DNA from: Candidatus Saccharimonadales bacterium
GTDB taxonomy: Bacteria > Patescibacteriota > Saccharimonadia > Saccharimonadales > DASZAF01
Assembly (NCBI GenBank): GCA_035945435.1
Contig: DASZAF010000024.1
Coordinates: 3,578 to 67,577 of the forward strand
DNA: 64,000 bases
Reading direction: 5' to 3'
Part shown: in pieces, positions 36,336 through 46,499 of the stretch
Layout: each line of letters begins with the position of its first letter
Position numbering within the stretch: position 1 is the first letter of the stretch
The notes under the pieces: model-generated
Told to the model about the DNA's origin: nothing
Seen by the model: only the letters and a program-made list of their open reading frames with translations
The model's database searches: none
Translations under genes and position numbers: made by a program

Positions 36336-37148
36336 ATGTCACTAGGACGTGGCGAGCACGGATTTGTGCAAAATTTTCTTGTTGGAGCAGCGGTTGGTGC
36401 TGCGGTTGAGCCGTTAACCGTAGAACCATTAGCTCACCAGGTACTGGCGCATCGAAACGCAATCCTCGACCCGAGGTATGAGCGATTAGTACGCAGAATA
36501 CTTAATGTAACTGGTATGAGCCCGAACCGGTTTGCCGCCTATCACCGCTACCATCATGCCCTCGGTAACGAGCCAGCTCTCTCCCTACGACAGGCTGTTG
36601 CGCATATTTTCGAAGAGAGCAGTGGCAACAGTGTCTCGTTAGACGACCCCGACGTACGAGCCTCCCTCCTCTTCGATGGTACGACACATGATGACGATGC
36701 GCTTATCCAAGTAGTTGACGGTGCCCCTAGGTACAGAAATGACCCGAGACTTGAAAGATTCGTCGCACGAGGTGGCATGAGACGCATGCTCCCACTGCTC
36801 GGCACGGCGGCGGCAATCGGGTTAGGTAACAGGCTAGCTGGTCGTGACCACCCGTGGTGGAGTGCAGCAGGATCAGTCGCCGGCTTCGTCACAGGTTTGT
36901 CAGCCCACGGCATAACCACAGCCTATACGGAAGGAAGAGCGGGCACTCAGGACGGCAGGATTGGCGTCGAGAACCTCGACCCGCTCCAGGCCTTTCGCAT
37001 GAGAAGTCATCAAGCGCACCATTCGAGGCCGGAAGTGCTCACTGCGGGTTACGGACCCGTCCGCCAGCTGGCCGCGCAGGCCCTGATAAGAAGCCGCTTA
37101 ATGCGCCTCCATCAACCCGCTCCAGCCACCAGTCAAGAGGCTGCCTAG
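36336..37148 (+). CDS. Divergent membrane fatty-acid desaturase-like di-iron enzyme
   Basis: Three His boxes in canonical order: HQVLAH, HRYHH, HQAHH; hydrophobic segments. Confidence 0.7.
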   Translation: MSLGRGEHGFVQNFLVGAAVGAAVEPLTVEPLAHQVLAHRNAILDPRYERLVRRILNVTGMSPNRFAAYHRYHHALGNEPALSLRQAVAHIFEESSGNSVSLDDPDVRASLLFDGTTHDDDALIQVVDGAPRYRNDPRLERFVARGGMRRMLPLLGTAAAIGLGNRLAGRDHPWWSAAGSVAGFVTGLSAHGITTAYTEGRAGTQDGRIGVENLDPLQAFRMRSHQAHHSRPEVLTAGYGPVRQLAAQALIRSRLMRLHQPAPATSQEAA

Positions 37149-37173
37149 TAACATCCGGCGTTATACTTCTAGT

Positions 37174-37677
37174 GTGTCTCAGCTCGAACTTCAGTACGGT
37201 CCTGAATGGTGGACACCACCCAATGTCCTGGTCAGTCTCTGGCCGAGGTATGCCAGCGAGGTCATAGCTGGACGAAAACGTTTCGAGTTCCGGCGCGGTC
37301 TGTTTATCAAGAGAGCTGCCACTGCTTTTATCTATGCGACGGCCCCGAAAGGCAGAGAAGATAGGGAGCTTACTTGTTCTGCCCTTGTAGCTGTCGCCCG
37401 ATTCGGCCCACCTATCATCGGTATAGAAGCCGTATCCGCCTTAATTGCTCGTGAGCAAGCTGGCGGCAGTTTACCGACGACTGACTGGCTCGGAGGATAC
37501 GACACGGCTTCGGCTCACCCGATAGAGCAGGTCCACAGACTCAATAATCCAATCGGGTTGGCCGAGATCCGCGAACGCTTCCCTGGTTTCCAACCGCCCC
37601 AACGACATATCTCGCTCGATCGAAACCCAACCTTTCTATTCTTCCTCAGGGAACGATCCGGCTTAGTTCGCATATAA
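37174..37677 (+). CDS. ASCH (PUA-like) domain protein
   Basis: VSLWPRYA..+IAGRKRFEFRR..IYATAP..F.PPQ. Confidence 0.8.
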   Translation: MSQLELQYGPEWWTPPNVLVSLWPRYASEVIAGRKRFEFRRGLFIKRAATAFIYATAPKGREDRELTCSALVAVARFGPPIIGIEAVSALIAREQAGGSLPTTDWLGGYDTASAHPIEQVHRLNNPIGLAEIRERFPGFQPPQRHISLDRNPTFLFFLRERSGLVRI

Positions 37678-37708
37678 TGATGCCTAACGAATAGTTAGGA
37701 GGGATACG

Positions 37709-38023
37709 ATGAAACAAGAAAATGAATCAAAAGGTTTCAATCAGAAAATAGCTTCAATTGTCACCAATGCGACCGGGAATATGTGGTTCTTTTGGTTATC
37801 ACTGGCTTTCATACTCGTACTCCGCGTTACTCAGCCACCGACCGCTAGCCAGTTTTTACTCGACGTTGAGAACGACTTACAGCTACTTCTTCTGGCAGCC
37901 AACGCGGTCGTCTCCAACAGGCAAACCGCAGCCCTGAGGAAGATCCTCGGCCATATCGATAAAGAGGCTGACAGGATCGAGAGAATGGATAAGAAGGAAG
38001 AGGGTCTACTCGAAAGCAGGTAG
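37709..38023 (+). CDS. Small membrane protein (DUF1003-like)
   Basis: KIA..+T...GNMWFF, TM, then a coiled-coil tail; AGGAGG SD. Confidence 0.6.
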   Translation: MKQENESKGFNQKIASIVTNATGNMWFFWLSLAFILVLRVTQPPTASQFLLDVENDLQLLLLAANAVVSNRQTAALRKILGHIDKEADRIERMDKKEEGLLESR

Positions 38024-38026
38024 ACC

Positions 38027-38614
38027 TCAACTCTTGTTGGAGGTAGGTTTTTTGAGGTGCCGACCAGTATATATCGTGCCGACGATTATGAAATTAGACA
38101 CAAACAAAACAAATGGGTAGAGCATGAGCGTGTAGTCGAGTCTCCCGACCGAAATAACTGCGAGTATACTTGCTAGACCGTCAAGCACCCAGACTGTGTA
38201 CGTTTCAGTCCATGGATGGTCGTAAGTCTTTAGGATCGTCAGTATAGATCCTACCGTATCGACTGCGATCGTAACGATTAAGGCATAAAGCGCATTACCC
38301 GTAAGGTACCAGAGCGCCAACCCGATGGCTGCCGTCAAGAGCCCTATGATATCCCGCCGCGCCAACCCACCTATACCTCGCTTGATCGAAAGTGAGAAGA
38401 TCAGACCTGTGGTGAGAAAGTTAAAACCCGTAAACCAAAGTGACTGGGTCGCTCCTTTGTTAAGCTGAGCAAAGAACGCAATCAGCGACAAGACACTCCA
38501 AATAAGCCACGTAGCCCGTTCGGGGCGAGCTTTACTTCTCAGAATGTCACGAATATACGGAATGTAGCCGACACAGGATAGCACTCCGGAAGCTATGCCA
38601 ATCACTTCAAACAT
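38027..38614 (-). CDS. Multi-pass membrane protein (PQ-loop-like)
   Basis: GYIPYIRDIL..KARP..TW.IW..; T.LKTY..P..ET; about 7 TMs. Confidence 0.75.
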   Translation of the reverse strand: MFEVIGIASGVLSCVGYIPYIRDILRSKARPERATWLIWSVLSLIAFFAQLNKGATQSLWFTGFNFLTTGLIFSLSIKRGIGGLARRDIIGLLTAAIGLALWYLTGNALYALIVTIAVDTVGSILTILKTYDHPWTETYTVWVLDGLASILAVISVGRLDYTLMLYPFVLFVSNFIIVGTIYTGRHLKKPTSNKS

Positions 38615-38641
38615 TAGCTAACTATATCAAATAAATAATAG

Positions 38642-38676
38642 TTGACATAACATACTACCTTGCATAACATAGTAGT
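38642..38676 (+). promoter_or_regulatory. padR promoter with candidate operator
   Basis: TTGACA-17 nt-TAACAT; TACTA/TAGTA inverted repeat (38653-38674); CATAACATA direct repeat (38646, 38663). Confidence 0.55.
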
Positions 38677-38679
38677 CAT

Positions 38680-39057
38680 ATGAACGAATCTTTCTCCAGC
38701 GACTACGCCCGCCAGCTGATGACCCAGATGCGAAAGGGTATTCTCGTCTACTGCGTCCTTCTCATCTGCTCAAAAGGCGACGTCTACAGTACTGACATCA
38801 TCAAGCGGCTACGTGAGGCCAAACTGATCGTCGTTGAAGGAACCATCTATCCCCTCTTAAGCCGTCTGCAAAAGGATGGCGTCTTAGTGCATGTGTGGAA
38901 AGAGTCCGTGAAAGGACCTCCTCGCAAGTACTACCACCTAAGCGAGGACGGGAAGGCAATTTTAGAGGAATTAAAAGTGAGCAGCGGTCAAATGCAGTCG
39001 GCAATTGACGCAATCGAAAAGGAGCAGTCATGGACAAAATCGATAAAATCCATATAG
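38680..39057 (+). CDS. PadR family transcriptional regulator
   Basis: QMRKG.L.YC.L, VVEGTIYPLLSRL, W.ES..GPPRKYY.L. Confidence 0.93.
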   Translation: MNESFSSDYARQLMTQMRKGILVYCVLLICSKGDVYSTDIIKRLREAKLIVVEGTIYPLLSRLQKDGVLVHVWKESVKGPPRKYYHLSEDGKAILEELKVSSGQMQSAIDAIEKEQSWTKSIKSI

Positions 39058-40646
39058 GTAGAGTACCCTACAGCATCGAGGCCAAAGCGGAGGCTGAACT
39101 CAATAAATATCTTGCAGCCATTCGTAATCATCTTGACGAAGATATGGCCGACGAAGTAGTGCAGGACATCGAGTCCCGTATCCCGGAGCTTCTTGCTCAG
39201 CGACACATCAAGCAAGGTGATGTCGTTACCCACAAAGACATCCTGGCCCTGAAAGAGCAGCTCGGTGAACCTGAGCAGTTCTCAAGCGATGAACACTCCG
39301 GCGCTGAGGTCAACACCAAGAAGCTCTTTCGTGACCCAGATAACGCTATCTTATGTGGAGTCGCCAGCGGAATAGGACAATACTTCAACATCGATGCTAA
39401 CTTCATCCGTGCGGCTTTCTTTGTCGCTACCTTCCTTTACGGATTCGGCATTTTCCTCTACATCTTCCTGTGTGTACTACTTCCCGAAGCTAAGACGAAT
39501 GCAGATAAGCTGCAGATGTCAGGTAAGGCAGTAACTGTTGCTAACCTGCAACGCTATCGGGGATCAGCCCAAAAGTCCCTGGGCTACGGAACAAACATGA
39601 TCCGACGTATCCTCACTAAGATCTGCCGTTTCGTCTCCGTCATTGGTACGGCCATCGCCTCGCTTATTCTTCTCAGTGCTTTCGGTGCTTTCTCAGGCCT
39701 CTTTTATGTCGACCCGTTCAGCTCTATCGCCACAAGTTACTCACCCGACTATCTACTGCTTGGCCTGATGTGGCTTAGCTGCCTGTCGTTTATCGGTCTG
39801 CTGATCATCTGCACTATCCGCATCTGGGGGCACCGTTCAACCAGACTTAATATCTCGGCCATCGCCTTCTCTGTGCTCCTTATCCTATCTATCGCAGGTA
39901 CGGCTACCTCAGGCATGTTTGTCTACAACCACTTTAGCAATAAATACGGTGACAATAAGAGCATCCGGGAGCTGAGCCTGGTCAACAAGACGCCAAAGAT
40001 TACCCCAACCTCACTCACCGTCGGCTCTGACAGCAATCTTGATCTGACCTATGTCGTTACCAACCAATCGATTCACGCCACGTTCGAGGACTACCCGGGT
40101 CTCTACCACCCGAACATCCAGATCACGGATGATAACGGTATACTGCACGTTGACTCAACGAACCTAGCTGATGCAGCCCCAAGCTGTCTTGGTGGTCTCT
40201 GCAAGCATATCTATCTGCCCGTCCATGTCTTTCTCTACGGTCCAAGCCTCAAGACGTACAACAACACCGAAGGGGCTACTCTTAATATCAACAACGCCAG
40301 CCTTGGATCGTCGGTAGCCTTCACGGCTACTAACTGGTCGGTCACTAATATCAACAATAGCTACGCCACCAACATGTCTATCACCGTCTCGAATTACGCC
40401 AGCCTCATTGCCAACAATACGACTGCCGAAAACACGAATGTTAACATCGATCAGACTTCGAACGTCGCCATCCCGATCAGTACAAACCTGACCGCTAACG
40501 TCCCGCTCGGTTGCCTGGAGCCGGCTCCCCCACTCCCTCCAAACTCTATCGTTACCCTACCCGGCCTTCCCACGAGAGCCATCGTCAACGGCCACCGCAT
40601 GTCGGTCAACGAGATCGACAGCAACGTCTGCTTCAACCAAGACTGA
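39030..40646 (+). CDS. PspC-domain membrane protein with an extracellular beta-solenoid tail
   Basis: DIESRI.EL, KKLFRDPDNAILCGVASG.G.YF, AKT.ADKL.M.G; several TMs. Confidence 0.88.
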   Translation: MDKIDKIHIGRVPYSIEAKAEAELNKYLAAIRNHLDEDMADEVVQDIESRIPELLAQRHIKQGDVVTHKDILALKEQLGEPEQFSSDEHSGAEVNTKKLFRDPDNAILCGVASGIGQYFNIDANFIRAAFFVATFLYGFGIFLYIFLCVLLPEAKTNADKLQMSGKAVTVANLQRYRGSAQKSLGYGTNMIRRILTKICRFVSVIGTAIASLILLSAFGAFSGLFYVDPFSSIATSYSPDYLLLGLMWLSCLSFIGLLIICTIRIWGHRSTRLNISAIAFSVLLILSIAGTATSGMFVYNHFSNKYGDNKSIRELSLVNKTPKITPTSLTVGSDSNLDLTYVVTNQSIHATFEDYPGLYHPNIQITDDNGILHVDSTNLADAAPSCLGGLCKHIYLPVHVFLYGPSLKTYNNTEGATLNINNASLGSSVAFTATNWSVTNINNSYATNMSITVSNYASLIANNTTAENTNVNIDQTSNVAIPISTNLTANVPLGCLEPAPPLPPNSIVTLPGLPTRAIVNGHRMSVNEIDSNVCFNQD

Positions 40647-40688
40647 AAAAATTTGCCCCTGCTCGGCACGGCGTACTACAGTAGAGGT

Positions 40689-41651
40689 ATGTGGAAACGA
40701 CTAACTATCTGTGTCGGTGCCCTCATCGCCCTTGTAATCCTAGTCATTCTTTTCATCGATAAAGAAGGGTACGACAAGCCCGTTTTGCTACCACGAGCCA
40801 GCTATCCTGCGGCCCCGCCGGGTCAATCACGTGACACCCTAAAGCAACCGGTGTCGACAGGTCTAGCGCACATCTTCATCGTTCTTGAGGAGAACGAGTC
40901 TGCCAGTAGCATCATAAACAACTCTCAGGCTCCGTATATCAATAAGTTGGCCGAGGAGTACTCATACGCCGCCAACTACTCCGCCGTCTCACACCCCAGC
41001 TTGCCAAATTACCTGGCCCTGACAAGCGGGTCAACTGATGGCGTCACTTCCGACTGCAACCCTCCCGCAGCCGGATGTGAACTTAGCGTTAATAACCTGG
41101 CGGACGAGATCGAAAAGTCGGGACGGACCTGGAAAGAATATGCTGAGGGGATGCCCTCAAGCTGCTACGCCGCTAACTCAGGTGAGTACGCCACCAAGCA
41201 CAACCCGTTTGTTTATTACTCGGATATTATCAATAACTCCTCACGCTGCAACAGTCATGTTGTACCGTTCGCACAGCTAACAAACGACCTCCAATCACTA
41301 GCGACCACGCCAGATTTCGCTTTTATAACACCGAATCTCTGCGACGACATGCATGACTGCTCAATCGCTACGGGCGACAGCTGGCTATCGACGAACGCCC
41401 AGATCATTCTTCAATCCAAGGCCTTCACCACCCAGAACTCTCTATTGGTGGTCGTCTGGGATGAAGGCAGCTCGACAGATAACAACGTCGCGGCCATCTT
41501 GGCTGGGTCGGCTGTCAAGGACGGCTACCAGTCTCAGGCGACCTACAGTCACTACTCACTGCTTCACACTATCGAATCGAAGTGGAGCCTTCCGACCATG
41601 ACAAGCAATGATGTTCGAGCTCCAATCATGAACGAGTTCTTCAAAAACTAG
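40689..41651 (+). CDS. Phosphoesterase / acid phosphatase (alkaline phosphatase superfamily)
   Basis: HIFIVLEEN, HPSLPNYLAL, KHNPF, TPNLCDDMHD, WDE, HYSLL.TIE; N-terminal TM. Confidence 0.92.
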   Translation: MWKRLTICVGALIALVILVILFIDKEGYDKPVLLPRASYPAAPPGQSRDTLKQPVSTGLAHIFIVLEENESASSIINNSQAPYINKLAEEYSYAANYSAVSHPSLPNYLALTSGSTDGVTSDCNPPAAGCELSVNNLADEIEKSGRTWKEYAEGMPSSCYAANSGEYATKHNPFVYYSDIINNSSRCNSHVVPFAQLTNDLQSLATTPDFAFITPNLCDDMHDCSIATGDSWLSTNAQIILQSKAFTTQNSLLVVVWDEGSSTDNNVAAILAGSAVKDGYQSQATYSHYSLLHTIESKWSLPTMTSNDVRAPIMNEFFKN

Positions 41652-42181
41652 GAAGTACTGACACAGCGTATCGGCTGATGAAGCTGCATACGATCGACTT
41701 GATACGTTTTACTATCGTCATGATAGATGTACTGCACAAGATGCATCGCCTCGAAGTAGCCGCCAGGAGTAACTGTCTCATAGTCCAAGAAAGCCTGCTC
41801 GAACTTCTGCTGGGGAGCCGGTCCTTGGTAGACCAGCACTTCGCGCTCTTGGCCAGGACTTAGCTCATAATCAACTTCGGTCTCCCGATCAAAGATGCGA
41901 ATCTTCTTAACTCTGATCGCGTCATGCCAGTTGTTGTGGATGAAGCAGTAGACTTGAACATCGTTACCATTTGGCCGAGTAAGCGTGTTTCGGATAAAGA
42001 CGACTGGGAAGGTTGCTGGATTGTCCCTTTGGATGACCGGTGGCAGTGCGCCTGGCACCGGCGCGGGCGCACCCGGTTGAGGCTGATTTGTTGGGCCGTC
42101 AGTCGGATTTTGCTGCGGCGGGTTGGTATCATAAACTGGCTTACCTTGAACTATCTTGCCGAGTGAACCTAAGAATGACAT
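41648..42181 (-). CDS. Hypothetical protein
   Basis: GGAGG SD; N-terminal amphipathic MSFLGSLGKIVQGKPVY, Pro/Gln linker, beta-rich domain. Confidence 0.7.
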   Translation of the reverse strand: MSFLGSLGKIVQGKPVYDTNPPQQNPTDGPTNQPQPGAPAPVPGALPPVIQRDNPATFPVVFIRNTLTRPNGNDVQVYCFIHNNWHDAIRVKKIRIFDRETEVDYELSPGQEREVLVYQGPAPQQKFEQAFLDYETVTPGGYFEAMHLVQYIYHDDSKTYQVDRMQLHQPIRCVSTS

Positions 42182-42212
42182 ATCCCCTCCTCTTATCTAT
42201 CTTCATTATACC

Positions 42213-42578
42213 CTAGCAGGTCAGCGGGTCCGAAGCACAGGTCTTCTCGGCATTAGTAGTGTTTTTGTCAGTGTTGAGATAGTACGGGTTCGAGCCACCG
42301 CTCTTCGAGGAGTTCGAACCACTCGTGCTTGTATTGGTAGATGTATTCTTGCTTGGCGAGGTACTATTCGAGCTCATAACTAAGTAGTAACTGCCAGCAG
42401 CCAGTATGATCAGGCCAACGATTGCCATGACGGCAACGATCCTCGGGGATAAGGTCTTGTTGGTCTCATGCCTGGCTAGCTTTGGATCCTCCTTCAACTG
42501 GCTCTGGGCCAGCATGATATACGGATCCTCAATCTTTGGCGGCGACTTGCCAGGTTTGTTCTGAGAACCCGTAGACAT
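42213..42578 (-). CDS. Single-TM Ser/Thr-rich protein
   Basis: TM, S/T/N tract, C-terminal CASDPLTC. Confidence 0.65.
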   Translation of the reverse strand: MSTGSQNKPGKSPPKIEDPYIMLAQSQLKEDPKLARHETNKTLSPRIVAVMAIVGLIILAAGSYYLVMSSNSTSPSKNTSTNTSTSGSNSSKSGGSNPYYLNTDKNTTNAEKTCASDPLTC

Positions 42579-42983
42579 CTATGCCTTGTAGCTCTCAGGC
42601 CACTCCTGAAGAAGCCAGAGGTTGCCGTCAGGGTCTTCGAACGAGGCGTATAGCACTCCGCCAAGATCCTGAATCTCACCCATGTCTATACCTCGATCCA
42701 GAAGAGCATTACGGGACTTTTTGATGTCTTTGACGACCAAGTGCAATCCTTTAACTGAGCCCGGTTTCATATCCGTGATCGGTCCCATGCCGGTCCCGAA
42801 GACGATTGCACACCCTGAACCTGGAGGCGTGAACTGGACCACACGCATCTCATCGTTCATCTTCGTGTCATGAAGATTACCGAAGCCTGCTTTTAGATAG
42901 AACTTTATAGCCCGATCAATATCTGAGACTGGCACAGGGACTAGTTCGAGCTTCATATCAGGTACTTTTGTTTTGTCTGCCAT
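42579..42983 (-). CDS. VOC/glyoxalase family protein
   Basis: KLELVPVPVSDIDRA..FY, VVQFTPPGSGC, F.DPDGN.W.LQE. Confidence 0.92.
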   Translation of the reverse strand: MADKTKVPDMKLELVPVPVSDIDRAIKFYLKAGFGNLHDTKMNDEMRVVQFTPPGSGCAIVFGTGMGPITDMKPGSVKGLHLVVKDIKKSRNALLDRGIDMGEIQDLGGVLYASFEDPDGNLWLLQEWPESYKA

Positions 42984-42988
42984 ACGAT

Positions 42989-43219
42989 TTACTCCTCCTG
43001 TTCTTCGGCTTGATCACGTCTTCTTTCATCTGAGTCACCACCTCGGAGAATCAATGGGCGACCAGCTTGCGAGGCTCTATCAAGGGCTGCCATGAGGATC
43101 CTTGCCCGTCTGAGAACGAGAGCGGGGTCCAACCCGCGAGCTTCAGCTAGGTCAGTCAATACCTCCGACATCCCGTCGCTAAACCGTTCACCACCAGGTT
43201 GATCTCCGACACCCCCCAT
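42989..43219 (-). CDS. Small protein, possibly ribbon-helix-helix (CopG-like)
   Basis: L.DLAEARG.....VLRRA..LM pattern; GGAG SD. Confidence 0.45.
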   Translation of the reverse strand: MGGVGDQPGGERFSDGMSEVLTDLAEARGLDPALVLRRARILMAALDRASQAGRPLILRGGDSDERRRDQAEEQEE

Positions 43220-43277
43220 ACATCTTCTCCGCACTCGGTTATATAGACTATAATAACAGCATAGAGGAGATTGCTTC

Positions 43278-43640
43278 ATGGAACATGATGGAATAATAGT
43301 TGTCACAACCAATGATGTGCCCGGATATAAAGTCACCAAAGTCTACGGCGAGGTATTCGGCCTCATCGTTCGTAGTCGCAACCTGTTTAGTAATTTTGGA
43401 GCTGGCCTTAGAACCATTTTTGGCGGCGAGGTCCGAGGGTATACCAAACTTCTGGCCGATACCCGGGAACAGGCCATGCAACGGCTGGTTGCTGAAGCAA
43501 AGGCCCGTGGAGCAAACGCCGTTTTAATGATGCGCTTTGACTCAGGCGATATTGGCCAACAGATGAACGAAGTGGTCGCCTACGGCACAGCCGTCAATGT
43601 CGAGCCCGACGACAGCAGCCAACGATCAGCGGGAATGTAA
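43278..43640 (+). CDS. YbjQ/UPF0145 family protein
   Basis: TTNDVPGY, VRSRN..GAGLR..GGE..YT.LL..R..A..R, EVVAYGTAV. Confidence 0.93.
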   Translation: MEHDGIIVVTTNDVPGYKVTKVYGEVFGLIVRSRNLFSNFGAGLRTIFGGEVRGYTKLLADTREQAMQRLVAEAKARGANAVLMMRFDSGDIGQQMNEVVAYGTAVNVEPDDSSQRSAGM

Positions 43641-43651
43641 TTTCAAAGACT

Positions 43652-43891
43652 ATGTCCTACCGCAAAGAAGCACAGATACGAGTAACTTATCTGGCCGGCG
43701 CAACGGTCGCATCGCTCATCGTCGCCGTCATAGTCGGTGCTATCATAGCGAGGATCTTCTCACATACCAACCAGCAGTGGCACGATAGGATCTTCTTCTA
43801 TTCAGCGACCGCAGTATTTGCTCTTGTCTGCAGTCCACTCGTTTATAAGATAGACCAGAAGCTCAACAAGCGATTTAGCGGCAATCCTTAG
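43652..43891 (+). CDS. Small two-TM protein
   Basis: Two hydrophobic helices; co-oriented with neighbours. Confidence 0.55.
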   Translation: MSYRKEAQIRVTYLAGATVASLIVAVIVGAIIARIFSHTNQQWHDRIFFYSATAVFALVCSPLVYKIDQKLNKRFSGNP

Positions 43892-43894
43892 ATC

Positions 43895-44161
43895 ATGCCG
43901 AACATCAAACCTGCCATCAGCAAGACAAAGAGAAGAAGATTGCCAATCGGCTGGTTGGCGGCAGCGGTTGCGGCCATGATGATACTAGTGATTGTGGCTG
44001 GCTGGCTCTACTACCGTCATAGCCCGGTTAAACCTGTTATACATGTCGGTCAAACGAGCCACTGCCCGGCAGGTTATGTCAACTACGGCATGCCGCTCGG
44101 CTGTATCACACAACAGAAGTACAACCAATGCATGTCACAGCCAGGTAAATGCCCGCTGTAA
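43895..44161 (+). CDS. Single-TM protein with a four-Cys mini-domain
   Basis: Basic N-terminus, TM, CPAGY..GC..QC..KCPL. Confidence 0.6.
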   Translation: MPNIKPAISKTKRRRLPIGWLAAAVAAMMILVIVAGWLYYRHSPVKPVIHVGQTSHCPAGYVNYGMPLGCITQQKYNQCMSQPGKCPL

Positions 44162-44174
44162 TTAACACTGACAG

Positions 44175-45986
44175 CTAGTAGATTACGCCACCCTTTAGGA
44201 CAACTGGCTGCCTAGGAGTCTGATTAAAGTTAAAGTCGTTTACTAGGTTGCCAACTTGTGGCTGGTTTTCCCTTACATCCGGTCGCGGATCCGGCCGCCC
44301 GTCTGTCTTCGGGTCGATCCGTTGGCTGTTTAAGAAGTCATCTTCGATAAATTTAACGTAGGCGTCTTGGCTCATCGTTTGATGGTCGATGTAGCCCTGC
44401 TTGGCGTACGGACTGATGATAATACTCGGGACACGAAGGCCGAATCCGTTTGCATCTACCTTTGGCGGCGCAACGTGGTCATAGAAACCGCCCCAATCGT
44501 CCCAGCTGAGAATGATGGCCGTCGATTTCCAATCCGGGCTCTTCATGATGGTGTCGATCAGACCAGTAACGTAGCCCTGCCCCGTACTGACGAGTGCCGG
44601 CGGATGCTCACTAACATTTCCTGACGGGGTAATCCACGAGACGGCAGGCAAGGTTCCTTTCCGGGCTGCATCATAGAAGTTATTGAGCGACTGAATATTG
44701 CCGAGCTGGCCGTCCTGCCTAACTGTATCAAAGTACGGAAGGGGGTTCCATATGCCAGGGGTATGTGAGTTCTGGGTGACAGACGCACAGGTGACATCCG
44801 AATCATCCTGACAGTCAGGCTGCGTCCCATTCATGACATAGAAGCCCCACGTGACGTTCTGCTTATGAAGTAGGTAGGTTAGGTCGGTCCAGGCGTAATC
44901 CGGCGGCATTAAACCGTTAGCGGCAGTGATCAGTTTCTGCTTCATCTTAGGCGGAATGTTGACGGTAGCGTTGTTAATGGCGTTTTCGCAGCTGGTAAAC
45001 GCCTGCGAGCCATAGCTGTCTGTCGCGGAGTTGTAGCTTGACTGCAGGTTGCAGTTCTGGGCAATCAGGGTGTGCAGCTGCTGCTCAATGTCCGGCGTAA
45101 TGCCGTCGGCTTCAAGCGCTTTTTGACAGGCCGGAGTGTTATTGCCTGCCTTACACTTACTTATCAGGTTGTTCGCAGCCTGTTTTTGGTCAGGAGGGTT
45201 GCCTGGGTTTTGCAGTTCGTTAACGCACGACTGAGGATCGCCAGCCTTTGTACATTTGGCTGACCACTCCGAAACTAAGTAGAGATGCTCCGGCAGGCTC
45301 CACGAGGCGTTCGACTGGAAGAGATGGTCATCAAGTGTAAAGTCTTTCGCATAGGTCCAATAGTTCGGTATCTCCTGGGCGGTGTGGTACCCCATGACGT
45401 CGCTCTGTGAAGATGAGGCGCATTCTGGGGCTGTACCGCAGCCCTTATTGCTGCCTTCCGACTGCGCTATAAAGCCATCCATCTTGCCGCCATCGATGTC
45501 GGCAGTGGCGTTGGTCTGGCCGTGCGGGCCACCGGTGTTCTTATCGCTGGTATCGTGATACGGCTTCTGGCATGTGTTCGTCCTTGGGTCGGGCACGCAG
45601 ACCGTCGGTACTCCGTTCTTCATTGGGATGCCGTCAGCTCCGGGGAAAGTCCCGAAGTAGCTATCGAAAGAGCGGTTCTCTTGCATGATGATGATAATGT
45701 GCTTAATCTTATGAATCCCGCTGTTATCAGCGACCTGCTGCTTGTTGTGTGAAACAAGAGCAAAGACGCCCGCCCCTATGATCAACAGCACAACCGCAAC
45801 GGATATGATAATCCCCTTCTCTGATCTGAAGAATCCGAACCTTCTCTTTGGGGCTGGCTCTACGACTTCTCTATCTCCACCTATATTCGGTAGATCGAGG
45901 TGGTGGCTCAGATCAGTTGCCATCGCATCCTGAGAAGAACTCGGGACCTGCGAAGATCGTGATCGTCGTTTTCGTAACACACCCAT
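44175..45986 (-). CDS. Phospholipase C / AcpA-type phosphoesterase, membrane anchored
   Basis: [70 protein letters not shown]. Confidence 0.93.
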   Translation of the reverse strand: MGVLRKRRSRSSQVPSSSQDAMATDLSHHLDLPNIGGDREVVEPAPKRRFGFFRSEKGIIISVAVVLLIIGAGVFALVSHNKQQVADNSGIHKIKHIIIIMQENRSFDSYFGTFPGADGIPMKNGVPTVCVPDPRTNTCQKPYHDTSDKNTGGPHGQTNATADIDGGKMDGFIAQSEGSNKGCGTAPECASSSQSDVMGYHTAQEIPNYWTYAKDFTLDDHLFQSNASWSLPEHLYLVSEWSAKCTKAGDPQSCVNELQNPGNPPDQKQAANNLISKCKAGNNTPACQKALEADGITPDIEQQLHTLIAQNCNLQSSYNSATDSYGSQAFTSCENAINNATVNIPPKMKQKLITAANGLMPPDYAWTDLTYLLHKQNVTWGFYVMNGTQPDCQDDSDVTCASVTQNSHTPGIWNPLPYFDTVRQDGQLGNIQSLNNFYDAARKGTLPAVSWITPSGNVSEHPPALVSTGQGYVTGLIDTIMKSPDWKSTAIILSWDDWGGFYDHVAPPKVDANGFGLRVPSIIISPYAKQGYIDHQTMSQDAYVKFIEDDFLNSQRIDPKTDGRPDPRPDVRENQPQVGNLVNDFNFNQTPRQPVVLKGGVIY

Positions 45987-46019
45987 ATGATACCAAATAA
46001 TTAAAGCTTTAGCGCTCTG

Positions 46020-46499
46020 CTAATTGGCAGCTTTAAAGTAGTAGTTGGTTGATCCTTCCAGCGTGAAGCTGTTTACGTCGAGTTGGTGAGCATAGACTAA
46101 CACCCTGGCACCAACGTGCGTATTGGTGAGATTCAGGGTGCCCCAAGGTTTGGTCACATAGATGTTGCCATGTACGACATCAACCGTAGCGTTACCAACT
46201 TTAATACTGCACCCAACATCGCCGATAGGCAGACCCGGGCTCGTGCATCCGTTTGCTGTTACGAGGCCGCTGAAGTGACAGCCCTGAGCATAGTTATTCT
46301 GTTGCCGTTTAATCGTCTGAGCATCTGTGCCACAGATCGCGCTTGTCTGCTTAGTTGTAACGGGCTTGGGCGTGGTAACAGGCGTCTTATGATGATGCTT
46401 GTAAAAGAGATAGCCAGCGACGCCTAACACGACCACTATGGCTACTACCAAGATCACTTCAATAACCGAAAAACCTCGGGCCGACGATCTCCTACCCAT
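46020..46499 (-). CDS. Type IV pilin-like protein (class III signal peptide)
   Basis: RRSSARG|FSVIEVILVVAIVVVLG: G|F cleavage site with Glu at +5; TGATG overlap with the upstream gene. Confidence 0.85.
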   Translation of the reverse strand: MGRRSSARGFSVIEVILVVAIVVVLGVAGYLFYKHHHKTPVTTPKPVTTKQTSAICGTDAQTIKRQQNNYAQGCHFSGLVTANGCTSPGLPIGDVGCSIKVGNATVDVVHGNIYVTKPWGTLNLTNTHVGARVLVYAHQLDVNSFTLEGSTNYYFKAAN

